From: Vitrella brassicaformis CCMP3155
Lineage: Eukaryota; Protista; Chromerida
Assembly (NCBI GenBank): GCA_001179505.1
Contig: CDMY01000613.1
Span: forward strand, 62,001-126,000
Length of the DNA stretch: 64,000 nt
Direction of reading: 5' to 3'
In this document: positions 12,848 to 24,233 of the stretch, piece after piece
How the letters are laid out: each line of letters opens with the position of its first letter
Numbering within the stretch: the first letter of the stretch is position 1
Program-made: the position numbers and the translations under genes
The notes under the pieces: model-generated
Databases searched by the model: none
The model's input: only the letters and a program-made list of their open reading frames with translations
Told to the model about the DNA's origin: nothing

Positions 12848-15800
12848 ATGTCACTCAATCGAGCGTGTGAGCTCTTCTCGCGTGTCGTGTCGTCCCGTGC
12901 CGAACAGACCACTGGGGCAGCTCCGGTGGGCCGACTCGTCAGGGTAAAACAGCTGCTGGATGCGCTGGAGCTGGACGCTCTCCTTCTTATCCTTGGTGAG
13001 TACTGTTCCTGTACAAAAACAGCCACACACACAAGGGATCTGTCCGATCTATTCCTTCTGCAGGTTACGATGGGCACGAAAACGACGGGAGCAGGGCGTT
13101 GGCGAACTATCTGCTCAATGGCAAATGCGGCCGACGTGTCAGCGAGTCCCTCGACATCCAATACGACGACGTCTTTTGTGTCATCTCGGCCACCCGCATT
13201 GTGGTCTTCTGCCCCTCCTCGCTCCACGACCCCCTCACACAGCGGCTTGCACTGTGGCCTGGGTGTGAAATCGTATCCCCTTCAGCGGAGGTAGAGGCCG
13301 ATTCGTCGGCCTTTGAGGCGCTCAAGGTGGCTTGCTTCCTCGATGCTGTCCGCGGCGTCAAAGCGGTGGGAATCCCGATACATCCGGACCAAGTATCTGA
13401 GATAGGTATGAGGGGCGCAAGGACACACACCCGGCAGATATGATGACCAATTTTCTCTCTACAATGTTCTAAATCGTCAGAGCAGTGGCCCTTGATCCAA
13501 TCGTATGCTTATGACGACTTCCATCTCGGATTCTTTTCTGCCACGAAACAGCCCAAAGGGGTCCTTCCCGCCCTCCGCGCCACGCTTTTCGCCGAGTGGG
13601 ACCTCTCATCCCTCTCCACAACCATCAATGGCCCCCTGCCCTTCTTCACACACGCATGGCAGCAGACACTCGCTGCCCTCGACAGCAAGGCCCCCGAGAA
13701 GCGGGCGGCATGTCGGCTGAGCCAGCTGGTGGAGCCGCTGACGAGCCATTTCGCCTATGCGCTTATGGAAGGCTTGCCTGAGGGCGTTGTGAATGAGCGG
13801 ATGACGGCCCTCTCTAAGCGTGTGGCCGTTAATGGTGCTGCAAGGGCGGTGTATGAGAAGTCGGCTTGCATTGGGGAAGGAGAGGCGACAGAGAGGGGAG
13901 AGACCATCACAGTCGGCAGCATCCCTGGTCCAACGCATCTGGTCTTGCACGCCAGCGACCCAGCGACGGGCTGCCAGGCCACACGGACATACTTCATCGA
14001 CAAGGAAGCCGAGATCGATGGCATCAATGGAGACAAGAAAGGAGGAGACACGAGGACGGTGAGGGAGTGCGCTTACCTGGCGCTGATCAGCGCGCTGGGT
14101 GCGTCCATTGCGTACCTGACAAAGGATCCACTCGCCCAAGAGAAGACCCTCCTTGGTTCGACTGAGGACGAGACACGGGAGTGCCTGAGACACAAGGCAC
14201 ACGAAAAGGTGGTGGAGGAGCTCTCCACACAGCTGGCAGCGACCGGGGAGGACCCTGCCAAGCCTGCCGACCTCTGCAAAGATTTCTCACTTGAGGCAAG
14301 TGAAGCAATATGGCACCACAATGCGCCAGTGTATCCACCTATGAATGTCTATATGCCTTTCTTCTTCAGCTGGAGGTCTTTGATGCGTGTGGTCTGCGGG
14401 TCTTCCTCTCTCCCACCACCAAGCGGCCCCCCGCCACATTGCTCGTCTTCATCTCACTCACGCTGGGCAATGCAGATGACTGGACTGTCAGCTATGGTGA
14501 TTCGTTCTTCATCACGCAGCCGACAGAGGGGCGGGGAATGAGGGCCGTTGGTCATAGGATCACGGCCTCCATCCCATGTCTCGATCGGTGGACGCTCACC
14601 CGACGCTCGCCACATATCTCTGCGGACCGTGGCCTCGGCAACACCATCGATGAGGAGGCGACTGGAGGTATCCACTGGCCGTGCCTGCAGCTGCTCTATG
14701 GCACAACAACAAGCAGCCGCTCGCCCGCCCCCGTGTTCCTCCCCCTGACCATCACCGGATCCGTGCGTGCGCATGAGCGGGGCTACATCGTGTCAAGCCA
14801 CAAGACAGGGCAGCATATTATCCGTCTCGATGAGCTGTCGGACATCCGGATGGTCACGATGACTCAATCCAGCTCTGCAGCCCGCCACGGTAATGTGTGG
14901 GTGATCGGCTCAAGCGGCCACAGCGACCCCCTCTCTCTTCGTTATGTGGCCGTCTCTGTGCCGATCGGCATAGCGCGGCAGTGGCAGGCCACACAGACAG
15001 AGGAGGGAAGGCAGCAGTGGGAGATTGTGGTGGAAGATGACGTACTTGCCAAGACCACATCTGCCCGGGAGAGTGGGAGCCGACTGGTGACCAGGGCGTT
15101 GGTGCGTGGCATTCAGGACGGGCTGGCATCAGTGGAGGAGAGGGACTACGGGAAGGCACCCACACTCACAGAAGTGCCGCGCTTCAGGGATGAGAAGCTG
15201 AGGGAAAGCTTTGAGGCCCTCTGTATGGCGACCCTGCTCGGAGACAACCACTCCCACACGCTTGTGGCAAGGTGAGAGAGCAGAGAGCCACTGAGTCACC
15301 GTACCTCCATTGTCCTGTCATTCATTTGTTAGGGCGCGCCGTCAGTGGGTGTCGTTGATGAACAACGAGCTGCCTACTGCCCAATCCGGCCTCTCCAACC
15401 GCAGGAACCTCCTCGTTATCACCGCCCTCCCTGGCAGCAACAGCACCAGCCACCTCTCCCTCGCACCCTTCGCCGAGCGTGTCGCATCGGAGCTGCAGAA
15501 GCGGACCCGCAGCGAAACAGTGCCGGTGGTCTCTCTCGATGACTGTGGCGATGTGAGCATCAAGCGGGCAGAAGGGGAGCTCATGAAGATGTCAGCAGAC
15601 GAGGGATCGTGGGTGGTGATGTGTCTGAGCGGTCCGGCGTTCCCTTGCCGCATACTGCCTGTGCTGATGGACAACCAGGAGGTGACGAAGCGGGTCACGT
15701 GTCGCGCTGTTGTGGCGCTCGCTGATGCGTCGAGCTTCCATGTGGGTGGTGACGCCAGCGAACCATGTGCAACGGGTGAGAATTGCGCTCTGGTGTGGGA

Positions 15801-17189
15801 GCCGATCCGTGTGTGGCTCCGTGTGTGTGTGTGCAGCCCTCCGTCACCCGTGGCTGCCTCTGCCCTTTGTGCCCGGCTGGTGCCAGATTGTCGTGGCAGC
15901 GCCGGAACAACTGTCGGCTACCGTTGATGAGCTCAAGAGCAAACAGGTGAGATCGGATCAGTGCCGCACGATCGTGTCTGTGCCTCTCATCCTATGGATG
16001 GATGCACGCCTGCAGGCGACGGAGCTGATGCTGTCGGCCGTCCGCTCCCTGTGTGCTGGCGTGCCCATCATCCGCGCGACCAACCCCTCACACACACTGG
16101 TGTCTCAGCTCATGGCCGACGGTTCGTCTGTGCCGCACTTTCACGACCCCCAGCAGCTGCTGGAGCGTCTTCTCGCCCCGTCCATCACCACATCACCCAA
16201 TGAGACACAAGCAAAGGTCGTGGTCAGAAGAGTCGCGATCCCGTTTGAGTTCCCCATTCTGGTCCAGACAGCGAAGGAGCGACTGATGGACATCGTGAAA
16301 AGGTGAGAGGGCAGGAGCACATGCATTCAGCATTGAGTGATGAAGTGTTGCGCAGACCGGTCCGAATGATCGTATCCCATCCCTCCACTCGGCCTGTCTC
16401 GCCAGAGGAGCAAGACAGCCAGGACGAGGAAGAGGCTGTCCTGCTGGCAACATGCGAGAAATACAAGGGCACGTACGGTGCTTTCAAGGCCGACCTCATA
16501 TCCCACAGCAGCGACACAGTATACAACCAAATGCAGCAGCTGCGCCCATCATCCCAATGCAGCGGGCTGCTGTCGCTCATCGAGACATCCCAGCAGCCCT
16601 TCCCCCCTTCCGGCCTGTCGGTGACGTGGCTGTCCGCGGCCGAGGGCTGCCACCCTGGAGGTGGCTGCAAAGGAGAGGCGATCGTATGGCTGCTGAGCAG
16701 CGAGAGAGAAGCGGACCGCACGGCGAGTGACCTCGAGAGGGCCGTCACAGATGCGGTGGACCGGTGCAGGTTAAAAGAGAAGCTCACTCAGACTGCTAGA
16801 AGCCTCCCACCGCATATTCCCCTTTGCATGGCATGGATGCGTCCAGGCTTCCCTTGCCATCTCCCCCAACCCCGGTCAAGGCGACTGATCTGTCGGAGGC
16901 CGAGCACTGTCTTGTCGCATCCAAGTGCGACACCACCGATCTGCCCGAGGGCTGGTGGTGGGACGGTTCGCGATACGTTGACCTCTTTGATCACCGCTCG
17001 ACAAGGCACCCCAAGTAGGGCAGACATGCAGGCACTTGATGTCTGTCTGCTTTTCTGTCTGTCTGTCTGTCTGTCTGTAGGTATGACGAGTATGCTGAAG
17101 CCTATCTGTGTGAGAGGAACGGCTCTATTGCGGTTGAGCAAAAGGCGCTGGTGCGCTTGCAAAGAATGCGAGACAAAGGGATCATCTGA
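12848..17189 (+). CDS. DNAAF9: Dynein axonemal assembly factor 9 (C20orf194/Shulin) homologue
   Basis: Recognised blocks: LDALLLILG|YDGHENDGSRALANYLLNG, DDVFCVISATRIVVFCP, FEALKVACFLDAVRGVKAVGIP, WPLIQSYAYD, a degenerate P-loop-like LLVITALPGSNS, and C-terminal LPEGWWWDGSRYVDLFDHRSTRHP. Recalled similarity, not a database search. Confidence 0.85.
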
Positions 17190-18212
17190 ACCGAGTCACC
17201 TCACACGACCGTGTGTGTGCAGCATGATGCTGTGTGAATGTGTGCATGAGGGTGAGTCAACACGTGAACACGTGCTGCCTGTAAGTCCATTCAGTGACAC
17301 ACATTCAGACAGTCAGTCCATCGCATACAAAGGCACAGACGCAAGTCTGAATGCACTCATGTATCGATAACACATCTCGACACGCCCACATCGACCATCG
17401 ACATGTCCACACGCGCACGCGCACGCGGCTGCACACGTCTGGCATGTGACCAGCGACTCACGAACCTCCGAGGAGCCACAGAATGGCCTGCGGACCAATC
17501 CAACACTCCAGCAACCTCCGAAGAGGCCCAGCAGATTCAGGCACCGATTGAGCCCCTTGTCAATTTGCTGACGCCGGTGGCGCCATACGCATAGTATCGG
17601 TGGAGCTATACCACGTGCAAGCAGCGGCATCAAGTTGAGTGTCCTGGAATGTAGGGAGGTCCAAGACGTGTAGATCTGCAGCTGGGATGCGGCATTGACT
17701 GCGAGTTCCTCGACCTCGGCTGGCCTGAGAAGGTGATAATGCATGCAGACTGGGGCGGCAGGATGGCGGCACCAGACAGAGCCTGTCGCATGGGGAACGC
17801 ATGAATTTACCGCTCTGCGCGCAGAAACTTCGCGAGCCACGAGAGCCAGATCTCCCAGCCCCTGGCCTCCAACCGCGTGGGTGCACACGGCAGAGGTCAC
17901 AAGAGCCGACCAGAGACCCAATTCATTTTTCAGCGTGAGCTGCTTGATTACTGAGGAAGCAGCCGAACGAGCGATTGATTGGACGAGAGGCGGTCTGTGT
18001 GTCCGAGGAGGGAGGGACAAGGAGAGGGCAAGCAGGAGCCGGTGAAAGCGATGCGATGAGTGTGCCCGTCCCCGCCCAGCCATGAGTCATTATCCCGCCC
18101 CGCTCGTGATTTTTCCATTGCTTGGGAGCCGCCGCCTGCATGACGACTGCGCGTCATCGGTCGGCAGCTGCTAGGTTGTTCTCGTGTGTGGGTCGGCTTC
18201 GGCATCCCTTCG

Positions 18213-20111
18213 ATGAGCAGCGGCTCTCTGCCGGTTCCACCACACAGCCAGTTACCCGCCAGCCCGAAACGCCCTTATGCAGCGTCCTCCGACCCAATGC
18301 AGCAACCGGCTCAGCCAACGGGGGCTGGACCAAGTGCACCTGGAGGGCCAGGAGAGGAGGGAGGGAGGAATCTAGTCGCACTGAGGCACAGACTCTTCGT
18401 CACCAAACTGCCCTTTGAGGTCACTGGGGACGATCTCAGGAGCCACTTCCAGCAGGTGGGAAGGGGAGAGAGAAAAGCAGAGAATCTGTTCACTCGTATG
18501 GATGGATGATCGGTGTGTGTGTCGTGTTCATCAGTTTGGCGAGGTGAGCGATGCGTATGTGCCGCGCAACCCCTACAAGCCCTATATGAACAAGGGATTC
18601 GGATTCGTGTCATTCACTGACCAGCAAGCTGTCGAAAGGGTACGCGCATGCGCACGAGGGCGGGCGAGATGGCCGGTCAGTAGACCTGTGTGTGCATTCC
18701 CTTCTCCTGCAGGCCTTAGCAACGCCGATGCACGTCGTTCACAATCGCCAGGTGGTCATCGATCGGGCCGTATCGAGAGACCGAAACGACCGTAAGACAG
18801 CCCACCACAGCACAGGCCGACAGGTTCCCACATGCACCATTCTGTGTATGGCGGTGTTGTGTTGTGCAGTGTTCGGTGCAAAGGTTCGCATGTCTGAGCG
18901 TGGCGAGGATCGCGCGCAGCCCCCCCTGGGCCCTCCCCAGGGCCCATCCCCCGTCCCATCACCCACCCCACCATCAGCAGGACCGCCCACAGGTACACAC
19001 CTGATCGAAAGGGCACCATCACATCCGTCCAATGCAATGCACACACGAGGATGCTCTCTGGTGTGGTGGTGTGTGTGTGTGCAGGTTCGACGACTCGCAC
19101 GTCGTTCATCAGCGGTGCGCCCCCCGATTCCCATTTTCCGGCGGCTCGCGGGCAGCCTCCCCCAGCGCATGGCGCGCCGCCCTGGCCGGCGGGTCCGCCA
19201 CCGCCGTATGGGACGCCATATCCGGGGGGCATCAGGAAGGACTCCTGGATGAGGGAAGAGGGCGAGTACCCCAGGGTACTCACCCCACCACAAGTAAGGA
19301 AGGCAACATGAAGGGGGCAAGGGGGGAAGATACGGGCATTATTGGGCATCCATGTCTGGCCATGTGTGTGTGTTGTCAGGGAGCGCCCTATCCGCCGTCG
19401 GTGGGCGGGCCCATGCCAGGCGGTCTCGGTGGCGTGCCGTCGCACATGGCCCTCCCTGGCTCCAAGCTCTTCGTCGGACGGCTGTCGTACTCCACCTCTG
19501 CTGACGATCTGAGGCGGTACTTCGCCAAGTTTGGGGAAGTCACCGACGCATACATCCCCAAAGGTGACTGACTGACCAAATGAGACGACGCCGTGACACA
19601 CCAACTAACATGTGTTCTCTCCCTCTGTGTGTTGTGTCTGTGTCAGAGCCGACAACGGGTCGGAGTCGTGGGTTCGGTTTTCTGACTTTCTCTTCCCCTG
19701 AAGCCGTCCAGGCGGTCTTCGGTGCAGCGCCACACACGATCGATGGAAGACAGGTATGTCCAAACACACATGGACCAACACGGACATGCACAGCCGCAAT
19801 CGTCTTCTCTCTCCATGGTTTGTGTGCAGATTGCTCTGGACCATGCGGATGCCCCCGTGCGATCGTACGCCCCCGCCCCTCCCTCCGGCGTGGAGTCGCC
19901 CATCCCCCTGCCGCCCTCCCCCTCCAGGCACTACCCACAGACCACGCCCTCATTCCCCTCGCCGCCCATGCCATTCCCGCCCGCCCACCAGGGCCACGGG
20001 TTCTCGCCCGTGCTGGGGCCGCATGAGCCGGGGCCGTACGAGGGGCACCATGTGTACATGGGTTACGGGGGGGCCATGTATGGCCAGCAGCAATGGAGGG
20101 GGCACCTCTAA
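18213..20111 (+). CDS. RNA-binding protein with two RRMs (hnRNP A/B / Musashi / HRP1-like) and Pro/Gly-rich linker and tail
   Basis: RRM1: RLFVTKL...NKGFGFVSF; RRM2: KLFVGRL...RSRGFGFLTF; GT..AG introns; stop TAA at 20111. Confidence 0.9.
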
Positions 20112-22290
20112 ATCTAGAGGCAGGCAAGGCAAGGCAGACGACGGCAAGGCAGACGACGGCGAGGCTGGGTTGGCTGAGCAGGTGGCTGAGTGGGTTTCTT
20201 CCTCCTTCCTTTTCCTGTGATTGGTCGATTTTGTCCGCGTGTTGGGAGGGAGGGAGGGAGGGAGGGAGTGAGGGAGGTGTCCATGCGTACGATGCATACA
20301 CGGCATGCCACACCATTCATCCATCCAATCACACCACACTCCTGCCCTGCCCTGCTCTCATTTTTCCGTCCGTGCGTCCATCCATTCGTCCATGCATCCA
20401 CCCGTTCTTCTATAATACAGAGTGACTGATTGAGTGAGCGATTGAGCGATAGAGTGAGTGAGATGAGCGACCAATGAATGAATGCCTAAAGAGAGGGCAT
20501 ATGTACCATCATGCATGCGAATGTGTCTGTCTGTATCATGTGGATCGATCGACGAACCTCGCCTGTGTCTGTATGTATCAATACCTCTGCCAGCCTGACT
20601 GCCTGGATGGATGCACTCCTGCCTTGCCTTCCTCTAGTCTTTCTTCTCTCTCGACACACACATGACATGAATAAGTGAATGGATGGCTGAAACGAATTTG
20701 GCTCTCTCTGCTGCGTTGTCCGCTCTCCCCTGCCTGCCTGCCTGCCTCTTCACACTGACCGCTCTTCCTCTCATTTCCTTTCATCAGCACAACACTCGTT
20801 GTCTGTTTCCGTTTGCCCATCTGTGTGTGGTGTGGTGTGTATGGGGAACGAGAGACGCTCTACTGAGCAGCCGGGGAGCCAGAGAGAGAGAGACACACAG
20901 AGAGAGAGAGAGAGGGAGGAACAAAGGCAAGCAACACGAGAGATGAGGATCTTTTTCCGTGCCTGCCTGCCTGCTTGTCTGTCTTGTCTACGTCGACCCA
21001 TACGTCCATGCGTGTAGCTTTAGTGCCCATTGCATTGCCACCCTGCCAAACGTGTGGCGATACGGTTGCTTCTGTCTGTCAGCCCTGCATTCTTCTCTCG
21101 CCGTCCGGGCTGCGGCCCGATTGCCTGTGGCTCGCCAGTCTGCGAGATACGGACAATTGAGCCGACCCACGGTTGGCGAGAGGAGAATGCAGAAGGTGAC
21201 AACTCACGCCGGGCAGACTAGAGACATGCTGCCTGCCTGCCTGCCTGCCTGACATGCGCTGCCTGCGTCACAGGAATGATTTTTCGACTTGCCGCGCCAC
21301 CCGCCACACGTCTGTCTGAGGTCACACATCAACACGCTCCGTCGCACACGACTGCTGAACGGATGGACCCACCGCGCACACATACACACATACATGCATA
21401 CTTACATACATACTTGATGCCCTGCTGTTGTATAGAGAAGGGGAGGGGTGGGAGGGAGGGTGGATGTGGGTGCTCGGAGGAAGCAAAAGGAAGGGCCCAT
21501 CACGCAGACGGGAGCGATCGACTCTACTGATTGTAGAGTAAAGGAGGGAACTTCACATGCCGCCTTGCCTCGCCTCGCCTCGCCTCACCTCGACTAGCTG
21601 CCTTGTCTGTCTACCTGCCTGTCTGCTGCAGCAGGGTGCCTGCCGTGTGGGTGACTGCTGGTTAGTTGGATGTATGTATGTGTGTGGCAGGGAGGGTCGG
21701 TGGGGCGGGTGGGTGGTTGGTGAGTGGCCCCTGCTTGCAGCGAGCGCAGCGCAGCGCGGTGACGATTGCCTTGCCTGCGTGCCTGACAATGAAGAAATGC
21801 GTGCTGCATCGATGCATCCAGAGGGATGAGTTTTGAGAGGAGAGAGCGACTGAGTGAGTGAGATGGATGACTCGACTGATGGACGGATGGACGACTGACT
21901 GGTGTGATTGATCCACAACCACACATGCATGGGTGCACATCACATGCACGAGGGAGGGCGGGAGGGAGGGAGGGACCTGCCTCACTGCCTGCCTGCCTGT
22001 GTGCATGTGTCTAGATGTGTGTGCGTGTTGTCGCTGTCTGTGTGTGCGTCTGTCTGTGTTGGTTGTGTTGCCAGCCATCGTGTACACGAACCTTCGAGTG
22101 AGTGATTACAGGAAGACGGGGACGGACGCGTTAGTGAGTGAGTGCTGCCTATCAAATATACTACATGTACGTGTCTTCATGCACACAGTCAACAACAAAA
22201 CATATATATGCCTCACATCAAGATAAAGACCATCACGCCACACCGACACCAACCGCACAAAAGATCGACGTCATTGACAGCCTCTCACAT

Positions 22291-22990
22291 CTACGCCCCC
22301 TTGATCCTCAGAAGCTCCTCTTTCTTGTCCTTGACCAATGCCTCCAGCATGTCAATCTCCGCCTGCAGAGCGTCCGCCCTCTCGTAATAGACGCCCTTCT
22401 CAGTAATCACGGGATAAATGCCCTTCTCATTGTGCACCTCCCGGCCGTCACAGGGCGGTGTGAACACACAGACCAGTTTGCAGCCGTCAGGGCCGGCGGT
22501 CACCGAGTGTCTGTCGTGCTGGTCAAGCAGGTAGGCCTCCCCCGCACCAAGGGCGTGTGCCTCGCCGGTCTGCTTGTCAGTCACTGTGCATGAGCCGCTG
22601 TAGATGAGGCAGGCTTCGATGTGGTTGGCGTAGCTGCAGCCATCCATCCATCCATCCATCCATCATTCGGTCGGCACAATGAATGATCCATCTCCATGTG
22701 CTGCAGCCGAGCCGGCCGCCTGTGTTGGCTGGCTGCTCACTTACTGTATGTTGGTCTGCGTGTTGGGCGCCACGTGAGTGTCATGCAGCGAAAAGCTCGT
22801 CCCGTCCTGATCATATATCCATGAGCCAGCCAGCAAGATCCAACTTTGTGTGCATCAGGCAGTCCAGTCAGTCGGTGAATGGAATGGCGTCTAGTCTTGC
22901 CTTTCGGACGAAGTATCGTCGGCTTTCCCAGTTGGGGCCTTTCGCCCACAGGCCGAGGTCACCCAACTCAGACAACCGGCGGATCTTCAT
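22291..22990 (-). CDS. ectC: L-ectoine synthase (cupin), 3 exons: 22990-22901, 22806-22745, 22633-22291
   Basis: Spliced product MKIRRLSELGDLGLWAKGPNWESRRYFVRK|DGTSFSLHDTHVAPNTQTNI(H)|YANHIEACLIYSGSCTVTDKQTGEAHALGAGEAYLLDQHDRHSVTAGPDGCKLVCVFTPPCDGREVHNEKGIYP... Contains the EctC signatures WESRR, FSxH, HYxNHxEA, YxLDxHDRH, CVFxPPxxGREVH. Both splices keep the frame. Confidence 0.93.
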
Positions 22991-23103
22991 CACATCACCG
23001 GTCGGCAGATCTGCAGCCACTCCAACAGCTGCAGAAGTGTGAACGACTGAGGAGGTGTTCCCAAAAGAACCAATATATTGGCTGTACCACCTGTATGATG
23101 CTT

Positions 23104-23191
23104 GGTCTCTTAGTGTAGTGGAAACACTCTGGACTTTGACCGTGCCGCCGGATGCCATCCAGCAACCTCGGTTCGAACCCGAGAGAGACTG
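23104..23191 (+). tRNA. tRNA-Gln (anticodon TTG) with a 17-nt intron at the canonical 37/38 position (23140-23156)
   Basis: Hand-folded cloverleaf: acceptor GGTCTCT/AGAGACT, D-arm GTGT-AGTGGAA-ACAC, anticodon stem CTGGA/TCCAG with loop CT-TTG-A[intron]A, variable CAAC, T-arm CTCGG-TTCGAAC-CCGAG; a TTTT run about 45 nt downstream. Confidence 0.88.
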
Positions 23192-24233
23192 TTACGTCGC
23201 TGAAGCCTTACTGTGGTGTTCTCAGTGTTTTCTGCTGTTTGTGAGTCTCTCAGGCCTCACACACATGTTAATTGGCTCTGCGAGCCCTCGTTGCCACCAG
23301 CGACATCGTCTCACAAGAACGAACATATGCCAATGTCCGTCCCTCTGCCCTTTGCTGTACATGACGTGGGCAGACAGACAGAGATCACCCACCGCATCAG
23401 GCAGGCAGGCAAGGCAAACCATGCTGCATGCAGGACGCACCATACCATCCACCCTACTAGTTGCTAGTGTCAGCCAGCCAGCCAGCCATTCACACGCAGA
23501 CAGACAGACAGGGCCAGTGGCAGAGAGGTAGAGGTAATGTGGTGAGCGTCAGAACAGCTAGCTAGCGCGTATGTGTTCGTTCGGCAAAGTGCTAGCAGAC
23601 AAATCAGGTTTGCAATCTCCCCCGCTCCCTGCCTTGCCTGCCTCCAGCCAGTTAGTTATCCTGACCTATCTACCTACTCCTGTGCCCTGTACAAGTTGAC
23701 CTCTAGTCGATCAGTGAGTGACCCACCTTCTCTCTAGCTCAGAGAGCATTTCACGACCACTGCATGAAGGCAGTCAGTACACACCCGTCCTTTCCCCCCC
23801 AACGCACACGCCATTCGTCACGCACATCGATGGTTCGTACGTTCCACACGGAAAATTGCTCCATCATGCTCACTCACCCGATATATGTCCATCCAGCTGA
23901 GCTGTCCATCCCATAAGCCGACATGGACATATATCGAAAAACCGAAAAAGCGGCGCGACGCTGCCTCCCGCCTCTGTCTGTTATCGGGTCCCGCCTTTCC
24001 TCACCGATCGAACGAACGCACACCTATGTACACCTACACACGCCTCTCTCCCCTCCCCTTCCCTCCCCTCCCCGCCCTCCCTGTATGTCCGTCCATACCG
24101 TCAAGATGTCAAAATCGCCGCCCCGGGAGAGAGCTCTCTCACAGACAGAAGAGGAAACCACTTCCCTCCCTCTCCCCCCTCTCTGTCGGCCTGTCTGTCT
24201 TTGCTGCCGGGAGGTCAGTCAGTGATCAGTGAG

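Noticed and set aside
20400-22250. Repeat-rich intergenic stretch (GCCT, GGAT, GAGT, GGGA tracts) as a CRISPR array, satellite or mobile element
   Set aside because: Only short simple repeats. No regular repeat-spacer period, terminal inverted repeats, LTRs or transposase/RT ORF.
22291-22990. ectC as bacterial contamination in the assembly
   Set aside because: It has two frame-consistent spliceosomal introns with host-like (GGAT)n/CAGT repeats, no operon neighbours, and is contiguous with eukaryotic genes.
22991-23158. 56-aa N-terminal extension of EctC from ATG 23158 (possible transit peptide)
   Set aside because: That ATG lies inside the opposite-strand tRNA-Gln gene. ATG 22990 aligns with the bacterial EctC start. 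Not fully excluded without 5' RACE.
23104-23191. tRNA-Gln as a dedicated suppressor of the TAA at 50505
   Set aside because: The anticodon is ordinary TTG, not TTA. All other genes use TAA/TAG/TGA as stops. Co-location is probably coincidental.
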